Source of the DNA: a bacterium
Lineage (GTDB): Bacteria > Bacteroidota > Ignavibacteria > UBA10030
NCBI GenBank assembly: GCA_043803945.1
Contig: JAZDJN010000075.1
Coordinates: forward strand, 1-20,432
Direction of reading: 5' to 3'
DNA: 20,432 nt
Shown here: one piece after another, positions 9,062-17,657 of the stretch
Layout: every line of letters begins with the position of its first letter
How positions within the stretch are numbered: the first letter of the stretch is position 1
Position numbers and translations under genes: made by a program
Notes under the pieces: generated by a model
What the model saw: the letters and a program-made list of their open reading frames with translations, nothing else
What the model was told of the DNA's origin: nothing
Databases searched by the model: none

Positions 9062-10720
9062 TTATTTCGAATCGGATTGATCGACGATCCAGATATTGCG
9101 AAACTGAAGCGCCGTGCCATGCTCTTGAAGCATCAGGGGACCTTTCGGCGCCTCCCCAATTCTTGTGACAGCACCTTTCAATTTCACCGGTTGGAGATTT
9201 TCATAAAGCTTAATCCCATTATAGAAGACCGTTATGCGGGCGTTTTCTATTTTTGTACCACTCTCATTAAACCTTGGTGCTCGAAAGTCGATGTCGAGCG
9301 TTTGCCATTGGAAGAGCGGTGCAGCGGCATTCACAATCGGATCTTTCCGTAACGGCTCAGCGATGTTACCGGGCGCTCCACATGGGTCTCCTTTCGTCTG
9401 ACCATAGGAGTCCTTGATGTTTACTTCATAACGCGTCATCAAATAAATACCGCTATTCGTCGCTTCACCCAGCAGGCGGAATTCTGCATGGAGCTTGAAA
9501 TCACCGAATTGCCGTTTTGTGATGATCGAGCCTGCTTTGGGCACAACTTCGAGTTTGCCGCCCGGGAGGATGTTCCAATTGTTTGCCGGACCGTCTTCCG
9601 TAAGCCATTCCTTCGCTTTCTGTTTTGCCCACTCGTTCGTACTCTGTCCGTCAAAAAGAACGATGGCCTCTTTCGGTGGAACCATATTCAGTGAGGGGGA
9701 ATTGCGAATCACATGCTTCATATCAAATTTATTTCCATCCTTTTGCCCCTTGAACCGGCCATTCTCAATCGTACCAGTCCATCCATCTCCCGTGAATGCG
9801 ATACCATTTGGATTCTGTATTCCCTCGAGCACTGCCAGAGGTTTTTCAGAAGTGACCATGGTTCGCAGGAGAAGAGCACGGTATTGACCTTCTGTAACTT
9901 TTACTACTTGCGCCACCGGTCCCTCTTCATTGGAAATCCAATCTCCAATAAAAGAATCTTGCTCGTTCTCAGCTTTTGCGTCGTTGAAGCCAAGATTTTG
10001 GATCTTAATATTCTTCCAGCACACCTGCAGCGGCTGTTCACTCTTGACAGCGTGAACCTGGAGGCCGATGAAACCATTAGGAGTCATGGCATCGACGATC
10101 CCTGCGGCGAAAATCCCATTAATCCAGGTCCGAATTCCATCGCCAAGTGCTTCGATACGAAGATGATTCCACTCACCCGGTTTGAATGCATTCCGTGCGG
10201 CCTCATTGAGGGTGAGATCGCATAACCAGCCTCGCCTTGCTTCATCGTAGATTCCTCCTGTCCATCGTCGCGGCTCTGTACCGCCAGGAATGATTGCACC
10301 ATCCGTATGACGGTTCGGCGGGTTGGCTGCATAGAGCTCTTTTTGCGCCGGATCAATTTCCACCTGATATCCATGAACACGGCCATTTTTGAATTCTTTC
10401 AGGCTCTGGCTCCGGATCTGTATACCTGAGTTCAGAGCTTCATCGGCTTTGAAATCCACTTCAAGAACAAAATTGCCATAGCTTTTCTTTGTGCAAAGAA
10501 AACTATTGGGCGAGCCGGGCGTTGTTGTTCCTACGATCATACCATTCTCAACCGTATACTTCGCTGTACCATTTACGAGTTCCCATCCCGCGAGGGTTTT
10601 GCCATCGAAGAGGTTTTCCCACTGTTCCTTCTCTTGTGCAATCGAGAAATTGTAGTATTGGATCAGAATTAACAGCGTGCAAGTTATCCATGCAAGAAAA
10701 TGCCTTTTCATCTTCATCAT
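9062..10720 (-). CDS. Secreted protein with two DUF1080 (3-keto-disaccharide hydrolase family) domains
   Basis: Domain 1: LFDGKTLAGW, NSGIQIRS, GYQVEID, GEWNHLRI, GFIGLQVH. Domain 2: VLFDGQS, FGDFKLHAEF, NSGIYL, WQTLDIDF, GPLMLQEHG, FRNIWI. Signal peptide ends SIA/Q. The start may be 10720, 10717 or 10711. Confidence 0.9.
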   Translation of the reverse strand: MMKMKRHFLAWITCTLLILIQYYNFSIAQEKEQWENLFDGKTLAGWELVNGTAKYTVENGMIVGTTTPGSPNSFLCTKKSYGNFVLEVDFKADEALNSGIQIRSQSLKEFKNGRVHGYQVEIDPAQKELYAANPPNRHTDGAIIPGGTEPRRWTGGIYDEARRGWLCDLTLNEAARNAFKPGEWNHLRIEALGDGIRTWINGIFAAGIVDAMTPNGFIGLQVHAVKSEQPLQVCWKNIKIQNLGFNDAKAENEQDSFIGDWISNEEGPVAQVVKVTEGQYRALLLRTMVTSEKPLAVLEGIQNPNGIAFTGDGWTGTIENGRFKGQKDGNKFDMKHVIRNSPSLNMVPPKEAIVLFDGQSTNEWAKQKAKEWLTEDGPANNWNILPGGKLEVVPKAGSIITKRQFGDFKLHAEFRLLGEATNSGIYLMTRYEVNIKDSYGQTKGDPCGAPGNIAEPLRKDPIVNAAAPLFQWQTLDIDFRAPRFNESGTKIENARITVFYNGIKLYENLQPVKLKGAVTRIGEAPKGPLMLQEHGTALQFRNIWIVDQSDSK

Positions 10721-11916
10721 CCCTTTTGTGTTTTACGTCTGCTCGGTTTAAACTGCAATGAGTTAATTTTGCCGAATCCTCGTACTGCCGAATGTTTATC
10801 CGACTTATGGAGTATGGCGCCGCAGGATTCTCGAATGACAAGTGAAGGTTTCAGTATCCTCCGGGTCTGGACTGGTTGTCCGGTAATTGTTCTTAGGAGA
10901 ATATCGACTGCAGCTTCACCGATTTCTGCCAATGGTTGGTGGACAGTCGTGAGCGGCACTGGAGCCGTTACACCTCTTCGGATGTCATCAAATCCTACGA
11001 TGGCAATATCCTTTGGCACGCCAAGACCTTTATCGAGTACGGCTTTCTGGAATCCTAAGGCGGAGAGATCATCAAAAGCAAAAATAGCGTCCGGTCGATC
11101 TGAAGCACTGCTGAATTCAAGTCCGATCTGGTACCCTGATTGATAATCATTCCACTCTCCGCGCAACTGAAATCTGTATTCATACTTTGGAGAATATTCC
11201 ATCTTATGGTGATGCAATGCGCGTAGAAAACCTTTTTTTCTCAGGTCGCCCAGCAAACTTCCCCTCTCACCGCTCACACCGTTGATATATCCGATTTTCT
11301 TATAGCCAAGAGAAATAAGATGTTCAGTCGCAATGAATGCTCCTTCTTCATGATCAGTGCCAACATAGGTAATATCTTCATCGGCGATGTACGAGACGAC
11401 GACATAGGGAAAGTGTTCACGATGGAGTTGCCTGATAATCGGCGATGCAATGTACTCTCGCGACATCGAGGCGATAATCAATCCACTGACGCCGATCTCG
11501 AGAAAATGTTGAATCATGGTATCTTCTTTATCGTCTCGCCCAGCAGTGCTTGATAAGAGGAGGTTGTATCGTTCTTCAGAAAGGGTCTTTTCTACACTCG
11601 ACAGGATACGTGAGAAGAATGGACTTTCGAGATCTCTCAGGACAAAACCGATCGTTTTCAGTTTGGAGAAATCGACTCGGTTCGTACTCTTTGTAATGTA
11701 GGTCCCCTTTCCTGCTCTCGCATAAACCACTCCTTCTCGAATAAGTTCACTTATTGCTTTTTTTATTGTAATAAGGCTGACGGAGTATTGTTTCGCCAGT
11801 TCGCTTTGCGTCGCTAATTGGTCACCCGCTTTCAACGCGCCAGAAACTATCTTTGCTTTGATATCATTTGCCACCTGAACGTATAATGGTGCAGAAACAT
11901 TCATATCAATTGCCAT
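10717..11916 (-). CDS. GntR-family transcriptional regulator with LacI-type sugar-binding domain (AraR-like architecture)
   Basis: GntR wHTH (PLYVQVANDIKAKI..GDQLATQSELAKQYSVSLITIKKAI..GKGTYI) plus LacI/PBP domain (PDAIFAFDD, VPKDIAIVGFDD, LTTVHQP, LVIRESCG). Start set at ATG 11916 with a GAGGT SD; the ORF-track start 11976 is the TTG inside the -35 box. Confidence 0.92.
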   Translation of the reverse strand: MAIDMNVSAPLYVQVANDIKAKIVSGALKAGDQLATQSELAKQYSVSLITIKKAISELIREGVVYARAGKGTYITKSTNRVDFSKLKTIGFVLRDLESPFFSRILSSVEKTLSEERYNLLLSSTAGRDDKEDTMIQHFLEIGVSGLIIASMSREYIASPIIRQLHREHFPYVVVSYIADEDITYVGTDHEEGAFIATEHLISLGYKKIGYINGVSGERGSLLGDLRKKGFLRALHHHKMEYSPKYEYRFQLRGEWNDYQSGYQIGLEFSSASDRPDAIFAFDDLSALGFQKAVLDKGLGVPKDIAIVGFDDIRRGVTAPVPLTTVHQPLAEIGEAAVDILLRTITGQPVQTRRILKPSLVIRESCGAILHKSDKHSAVRGFGKINSLQFKPSRRKTQKG

Positions 11917-11936
11917 TCTTACCTCTATAGAATGAT

Positions 11937-11948
11937 TAGGTATACCAA
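11937..11948. promoter_or_regulatory. Operator 1 (TAGGTATACCAA), putative binding site of the GntR regulator
   Basis: 11/12 match to the palindrome at 12044-12055; covers the predicted start site of the leftward promoter. Confidence 0.75.
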
Positions 11949-11976
11949 TTATATTATTTAGAAAAGACTTTGTCAA
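11948..11976 (-). promoter_or_regulatory. Sigma70-type promoter for the leftward operon
   Basis: Perfect consensus on the minus strand: TTGACA (11976-11971), 17-nt spacer, TATAAT (11953-11948). Confidence 0.88.
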
Positions 11977-12009
11977 GTTAATAAATCAAGGTAAACTTGA
12001 TAAAATAGC

Positions 12010-12039
12010 TTGACAAAGAATATATATTATTACTACATT
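12010..12039 (+). promoter_or_regulatory. Sigma70-type promoter for the rightward (TBDR) operon
   Basis: TTGACA (12010-12015), 18-nt AT-rich spacer, TACATT (12034-12039). Confidence 0.7.
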
Positions 12040-12043
12040 CACA

Positions 12044-12055
12044 TTGGTATACCAA
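12044..12055. promoter_or_regulatory. Operator 2 (TTGGTATACCAA), putative binding site of the GntR regulator
   Basis: Perfect 12-bp palindrome just downstream of the -10 box; resembles GntR-family TGGT..ACCA operators. Confidence 0.78.
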
Positions 12056-12268
12056 ATACATTAAGAGAAGATGCTGGATGCATTTCGCATCTTCCCATCT
12101 CATTGAAGAGTTAGGAGTCATGGAGGATCCGAAGCCGCCATAGCATTGTCCAGTGCAAGCGGCTTGCTGTCGTGTATTTCAATCTGGCTACTCTTGACGT
12201 TGTTTTCCTGTATCAACGATTAAGCTGAACCATTCCTTATAGCTGAAGAGAATTATTCAGAGGGTACT

Positions 12269-15247
12269 ATGCCTCGATTTTTCTGCACCATCACTCTTGT
12301 GTTTCTTATTCTTCTATTTTTTATTCCCCCTGGGTCGCTGAATGCTGCTGAAACTGGAAAAATCTCTGGAAGAGTAATCGACAAGAATTCTCGCGAACCC
12401 ATAATCGGTGCCAATGTTTTTGTGGATGTTGTCTGGATGAATGAACGAGAAGTGAAACTTCCCACCATTCAAGGAGCTTCAACAGACACTGAAGGCCGCT
12501 TCGTTATTCTTGCTCTCCGACCCGGTGAATACAACCTGAAATGCAGCGTTATCGGCTATGGTAAAAAGGAAGTCACTAAAGTCAAAGTGAATATTGACAA
12601 GACGACAGAAGTGAATTTTGAATTGACATCGATGAGTCTCCAGATTGAGGAAGTGGTAGTGACAGCCTTCAAACCAAACGAGGTTGAGAAAGATCTCACA
12701 GCCACCAAACAAACCTATGACATCTCCGACGTCGAGAAAATCGCCGGAGTGACAACGATCTCAGATGTTATAGCACTCCAGGCTGATGTTGTTGATAACC
12801 ATTTCAGAGGAGGGAGAGAAGGAGAATCAATGTATCTCATCGGTGGAGGAAGTATCAACAATCCACTCGATGCAAGTAAATCATTCGAGCCGATGGTGAG
12901 CGCACTCCAAACGGTGGAGGTGCTCACAAGCGGTTTCAGCGCTGAGTTCGGTAACGCACAATCTGGTGTTATCAATATGGTACCGAAAGAAGGAGGTGAT
13001 CGATGGACCGTGCGCACCGACTTCTCGATTGATCTCCCTCATTCTCGGTTATGGGGCGGGAATCCATATTCCATCGAGAACATGTCTTTTTATAAGTTAT
13101 TATCGACTCCAGAAGAATGGATTAGATCATATTACGAGTATGGAAATACAACCCCAAGGTCACTCATTGAAAAAGATTGGAGAACCTATATCGTCCCAAA
13201 CGACAGCTCCTCACGGAACTATTCCAGATTGAATTCTAAAGACAAGCTTCTCTTCATGCGCATGGATAGCCTGCGAGCTGCCAGGTTTGCGTTGGTCAGT
13301 TGGCTGCAATCTGCAAGAGATCTGATGCTGGAAGAGAGCGGAATTCCCCAGCATCGGTTGAATCTCACGCTGGGCGGTCCAATTTCTGAGAGCATGAGGC
13401 TCTTCATCTCAGTGGAGCAAGAGAAGAAAAATGCTAGTGTCCCCGAGCCGAATCCCGATCTTAACCGACAACTGATGAGCAATTTAACGATTCAATGGAC
13501 GAAGGAAGATAAACTCACCCTTTCATACTTCTATAGTTATTCTTTTAAGAATGGCATTGGTGGCCCTTCCGACTGGTTTGACCGGATTCTGCAAGATCCA
13601 AAAACCATCAAAACCAGCCAGCAGATCGGAATTCGGTGGATGCATCACCTCAATCAATTCAGCTTTGCAGACATCGCAGTCCGAATGCTCAACACAAGAA
13701 GCGAGGTTCGACCAGAGTTCCTCGATCCTGGCCGGTTCATCGATGTTAATGCATTCAACGGTGGAAAAGTATCGGGCCTCTCTTACATTGATGAATGGTT
13801 TAACTCTCCCACCTGGAGTGTGAACACCGTCAATGGCAATCGAGGTGTTGAACGAACAACAACATATTCATTTGACGGCAGCTACACTCTTCAGGCAACA
13901 TCTGAGAACCTGTTGAAAAGCGGGATCCAGTTTCAATCGTATGTACTCGACCTCGATAAATTGTACGGGATGAACGATCTGAGCGACTTTTCTTATTCAA
14001 ACTGGAAGGTGACTCCGTACGAGGGTGCGCTCTATATCCAGGATAAAATGGAATTCCAGGGACTCATCGCCAACGTAGGTTTGCGATTTGACTACTACAA
14101 CATCAACTATGATTACTACACCAACATCTTCGATCCTTTGAAGAATCCTGCTGATACCACTACCGGAGCTCTCCCTGATCCATCAAAAGCTCCGAAGGCG
14201 AGGACAAAACCTTTCGGCAGACTCCAACCACGATTCGGAATATCCTTTCCCGTCTCTGAATACACGGTGTTCCATCTCAACTATGGAACATTTGTGCAAC
14301 GACCTCCATTCAATTATGTCATCGGCGGGCAGTACAAAGAAACAAACGGCGGACTCACCGTTGTGAAAATTGGAAATGCTCAACTCCGCCCTGAGAAAAC
14401 TTCAGCCTGGGATGTTGGGATTGTGCACTCGCTACTCGGAGGACTCCGCATCGATTTAAGCGCCTATTATAAAGATGTCAACGATCTGATCGAACAAGCA
14501 GACTATATTGACCTGAATACAGGTATAGGGTACACCAATTATTCGAACAAGGACTATGCTGCAATCAAAGGATTCAATGTCAATCTTGAACAGAGAAAAG
14601 GATTGCTCAATTTTCGTTTGCGGTACAACTACCAAATTGCGAAGGGTAAAGCCAGCGGGCCTGGAGGTTCTCCCATAACAATTTTCAGAACACGCGGAGG
14701 AAATGATTCACTCGCGCTCTCAAAATCCGTCGGCACAAGGGATATTCTTCTTGACTACGACAGAACGCACAGGCTGCTTGCTAATCTCACGGTAGTCACG
14801 ACAAATGATGACAGTCCTGAGATTTTCGGCTTTAAACCATTTGCGAATTCTTCCGTCAGCCTCACGTTCACATTTCAATCGGGCCGTCCTTACAGTGATT
14901 TCTCGTCGGGTGATCTTACAACAAACAATGTGCGGATGCCGGATCTCTATGATTTTAAGATACGACTGCAGAAATCATTCAAACTTGGAAGTTACAGATA
15001 TACTGCTTACGTCGAGGGATTTAATATCCTGAATCAGAGAGAATGGTCGTATAGCGACATATTCAAAGATAAATATAATACGTTACGCCGATGGAATGAT
15101 GGAGAAAGAGAGAGCCTCATCTGGTATGATCCAAAATATGAACAAAAACCAAACGTACTCGATGAGCGTTATCTCTACAGCAATGCCTACTCCGTTTATG
15201 AAAATCAACCGAGGTATGTTCGTCTCGGAATCTGGATCGAATTGTAA
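12269..15247 (+). CDS. TonB-dependent outer membrane receptor with N-terminal carboxypeptidase-regulatory-like domain
   Basis: Signal peptide; GKISGRVID..EPIIGANV N-domain; TonB-box-like EEVVVTA; plug motifs HFRGGR and SGFSAEFGNAQSGVINMVPKEG; barrel motifs YIQDKME, NVGLRFDY, QPRFGISFP, GNAQLRPEKT and SAYYKDV; C-terminal PRYVRLGIWIEL. Confidence 0.93.
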   Translation: MPRFFCTITLVFLILLFFIPPGSLNAAETGKISGRVIDKNSREPIIGANVFVDVVWMNEREVKLPTIQGASTDTEGRFVILALRPGEYNLKCSVIGYGKKEVTKVKVNIDKTTEVNFELTSMSLQIEEVVVTAFKPNEVEKDLTATKQTYDISDVEKIAGVTTISDVIALQADVVDNHFRGGREGESMYLIGGGSINNPLDASKSFEPMVSALQTVEVLTSGFSAEFGNAQSGVINMVPKEGGDRWTVRTDFSIDLPHSRLWGGNPYSIENMSFYKLLSTPEEWIRSYYEYGNTTPRSLIEKDWRTYIVPNDSSSRNYSRLNSKDKLLFMRMDSLRAARFALVSWLQSARDLMLEESGIPQHRLNLTLGGPISESMRLFISVEQEKKNASVPEPNPDLNRQLMSNLTIQWTKEDKLTLSYFYSYSFKNGIGGPSDWFDRILQDPKTIKTSQQIGIRWMHHLNQFSFADIAVRMLNTRSEVRPEFLDPGRFIDVNAFNGGKVSGLSYIDEWFNSPTWSVNTVNGNRGVERTTTYSFDGSYTLQATSENLLKSGIQFQSYVLDLDKLYGMNDLSDFSYSNWKVTPYEGALYIQDKMEFQGLIANVGLRFDYYNINYDYYTNIFDPLKNPADTTTGALPDPSKAPKARTKPFGRLQPRFGISFPVSEYTVFHLNYGTFVQRPPFNYVIGGQYKETNGGLTVVKIGNAQLRPEKTSAWDVGIVHSLLGGLRIDLSAYYKDVNDLIEQADYIDLNTGIGYTNYSNKDYAAIKGFNVNLEQRKGLLNFRLRYNYQIAKGKASGPGGSPITIFRTRGGNDSLALSKSVGTRDILLDYDRTHRLLANLTVVTTNDDSPEIFGFKPFANSSVSLTFTFQSGRPYSDFSSGDLTTNNVRMPDLYDFKIRLQKSFKLGSYRYTAYVEGFNILNQREWSYSDIFKDKYNTLRRWNDGERESLIWYDPKYEQKPNVLDERYLYSNAYSVYENQPRYVRLGIWIEL

Positions 15248-15283
15248 ATCATTCTTGCTTTCAGCGGTTCAGAGGCAAAAAGT

Positions 15284-17623
15284 ATGAATCAGAGGTTCGT
15301 AATGAAACTAAAGCTGCAAAGGATGATCCGATTATTCTTAGTGCTTGTTCTTGCTCCATGCTTCTCTGCCGTGACACAGACTTCGTTTGTCGAGACACGG
15401 TGGGAAGTGCACAACCGCGGCATGCTCCATGAAACTGTATACAACACAGGGGAGATCTGCCAGCCCTTCCAAACCGGTAAATTGACTGCTGAGAAAGTCC
15501 TGAATCCTATGATGGAGTGGCCTCCCTATTTCAGGACGGTCATCGACAATAAACAATATGTCGGCCAAAATAATGGATGGGCAGGTGGTATCTACATCTC
15601 AGCGAATTATAAGGGATCAACCGGTACGCGACCTGACCTGACGAAGAACCGCCTCGTTGCACTTTGTGGAGGTGTGGGAGGTTCGAATGCCGAACAATGC
15701 TACGGCGTCTGGAGTTTTCCGATCTCGATACAAAAAATGCAGAACTTTCCCGTGCTCGAAGATGGTTCACTGAATTCAGCATTTAATCCTAACGAAGCAG
15801 AAGAGAAAATCATCGCTCAGTGGAACACCAGTGCCGGTATCTCGGTCAAAAGAACTTCACGTGCCTTCAGTTATCCTGATTATGACGACTTCATCATTTA
15901 TGAATATGAATTCGAAAACAATGGAATCTTTGTTGACGAAACAACAAACCGGCTCGTGAAAAAAGATACGACACTTGTTGATGTAACAATAACATTCACC
16001 TATGCCATATCGCCATCAATGTTTGGATACACAAGATACAATAACGATCCCCTCTGGAGTCCCCATCAACGAGGGCAGTGGACCATGAGCTTCTGGGATC
16101 CCGATTATTATTTGTTATACAACCAGACATCGGGTGGAATCGATTCTTCCTCCATTTCTGGATGGCCTGAGCAGAATGCACAGAACTTCCTGGATTGGTC
16201 TCGAACAGGAAATCATGGCGGGGGAATATTAAGTCCACAAGCTGCAGGATTCAGCGTACTCTATTATGATACCGAACATCTATCCTATGTCGATTCACTC
16301 AACGGCCCGAATAATCAATCGCCACAATATGCTTTGATCCGCAATGACCTTAAGTCGACACTCAAAGGCATGGACCTTGATCCAACTGGAAAAGTCAGAC
16401 AGCCGTATCAATTATTTAATAGTAATGCGGGTATGGCAAGCTCGAAGATCTTTCAAAACGTCATCGATTTTGCAAAAAGGCCCAGCATATTCTATGCTGG
16501 AGGAATACTCCTGCCTCCGATTTGGCAAGGCCGTAATATACCGATTAACAAAGACGATCCCTTTAGTGCCAACTTCCCTGTAAAAACCATCACCTTCGGT
16601 CCGTACTATTTGAAACAAGGCGATAAAATCAATTTCACGACGGCTGAAATCGTCGGCTATGGTGCTGATACCAGCAAGGCGGTGCTGGGTGGATTCTATA
16701 GCAGTTCAGACCCATGGCATCCTGGCCGATTTTGGAACAGACCGGTTGTTATCAAAGGACAAAAAGTCACGGATAATTATGTTCGTGATTTTGGTCTGCC
16801 CGACTATGTGAACTCAAAAACTGTGTTTATCAATGATGTTGCACATAAAGCGTTTGAAGCGTATTTGGGTCGTGTACTTCCAAAGCCGCGTGACAATGCA
16901 AATTGGGATAAAAATAATCCCCCCAACTGGCCTGAGAAAAATCCTTCACACGGTCTTTATAAAGTCCCCATTCCGATCCCTGCTCCTAAAATCCTGACAT
17001 GGAACACAGACACAAACGCTGTGGTAATCAAGTGGAATCGGAACGTGGAGAGTTTCGAAAATATGTACTCCACATACGCTTCTGGAAAACTTGCGAAGTT
17101 CAATATCTACAGGGCGGATTTTAAATCCGGCCCCTGGACGTTGTTAGCCTCAATTCCACGCGGCAATGTAACCAATACCGGTGAATATTTGTATGGAGAT
17201 AACGAAAGGTCATTTCTTATCGGTGAATCGAAGTACTACGCTGTTACTTCAGTCGATAACCTCGGCAATGAGAGCGGCAAGACAAATATCGTTCTCCATG
17301 AGAAGCTTATTGGTCCTGCATCAAAACTGGGGAACATCTATGTCGTCCCGAACCCATACAATGCTTCCCTTGGATCCGGCTTTACTGGTGAAGGAGCATC
17401 GACCCGTCTCGGAATCTACGGTCTGCCGGCAAAGTGTACCATCAACTTTTATTCGTTTGCAGGCCAGCGGCTCTGGACCATCGAACACGATCAACAATCG
17501 AATTCTCATAACTTCGAACTGATCACACGAAATGTCCAGGAGATTGCCTCAGGTCTGTATTTCTTTGTTGTCCAGACGCCCGAAGGAGAAAAATTCATGG
17601 GTAAGTTTATCGTGGTCAAATGA
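15284..17623 (+). CDS. Secreted hypothetical protein with FN3-like domain and T9SS type-A-like C-terminal sorting domain
   Basis: Sec signal without lipobox (alternative start 15302). FN3-like segment VVIKWN..FNIYRA..YYAVTSVDNLGNESG. CTD-like tail IYVVPNPY..CTINFYSFAGQ..IASGLYFFVV..GKFIVVK. Confidence 0.8.
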   Translation: MNQRFVMKLKLQRMIRLFLVLVLAPCFSAVTQTSFVETRWEVHNRGMLHETVYNTGEICQPFQTGKLTAEKVLNPMMEWPPYFRTVIDNKQYVGQNNGWAGGIYISANYKGSTGTRPDLTKNRLVALCGGVGGSNAEQCYGVWSFPISIQKMQNFPVLEDGSLNSAFNPNEAEEKIIAQWNTSAGISVKRTSRAFSYPDYDDFIIYEYEFENNGIFVDETTNRLVKKDTTLVDVTITFTYAISPSMFGYTRYNNDPLWSPHQRGQWTMSFWDPDYYLLYNQTSGGIDSSSISGWPEQNAQNFLDWSRTGNHGGGILSPQAAGFSVLYYDTEHLSYVDSLNGPNNQSPQYALIRNDLKSTLKGMDLDPTGKVRQPYQLFNSNAGMASSKIFQNVIDFAKRPSIFYAGGILLPPIWQGRNIPINKDDPFSANFPVKTITFGPYYLKQGDKINFTTAEIVGYGADTSKAVLGGFYSSSDPWHPGRFWNRPVVIKGQKVTDNYVRDFGLPDYVNSKTVFINDVAHKAFEAYLGRVLPKPRDNANWDKNNPPNWPEKNPSHGLYKVPIPIPAPKILTWNTDTNAVVIKWNRNVESFENMYSTYASGKLAKFNIYRADFKSGPWTLLASIPRGNVTNTGEYLYGDNERSFLIGESKYYAVTSVDNLGNESGKTNIVLHEKLIGPASKLGNIYVVPNPYNASLGSGFTGEGASTRLGIYGLPAKCTINFYSFAGQRLWTIEHDQQSNSHNFELITRNVQEIASGLYFFVVQTPEGEKFMGKFIVVK

Positions 17624-17657
17624 GACAGCATTCTAAGAGATTGTATGAGGTCTACTC

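Noticed and set aside
9052-9120. Apparent 59-nt overlap between the lyase and DUF1080 genes
   Set aside because: It disappears if the lyase starts at ATG 9051 or 9033, which also places the signal peptide near the N-terminus.
11917-11976. N-terminal extension of the regulator in the ORF track (MTKSFLNN...)
   Set aside because: The TTG start is part of the -35 box and lies upstream of the predicted transcription start; ATG 11916 has a proper SD.
11985-12001. FNR/CRP site
   Set aside because: The half-sites are in the opposite orientation (ATCAAG-N5-CTTGAT) to the FNR consensus TTGAT-N4-ATCAA; retained only as an unassigned palindrome.
12269-17623. Calling the pair susC/susD
   Set aside because: The receptor lacks recognisable SusC-specific signatures, and the downstream protein has no lipobox Cys or SusD-like helical character but does have a CTD-like tail.
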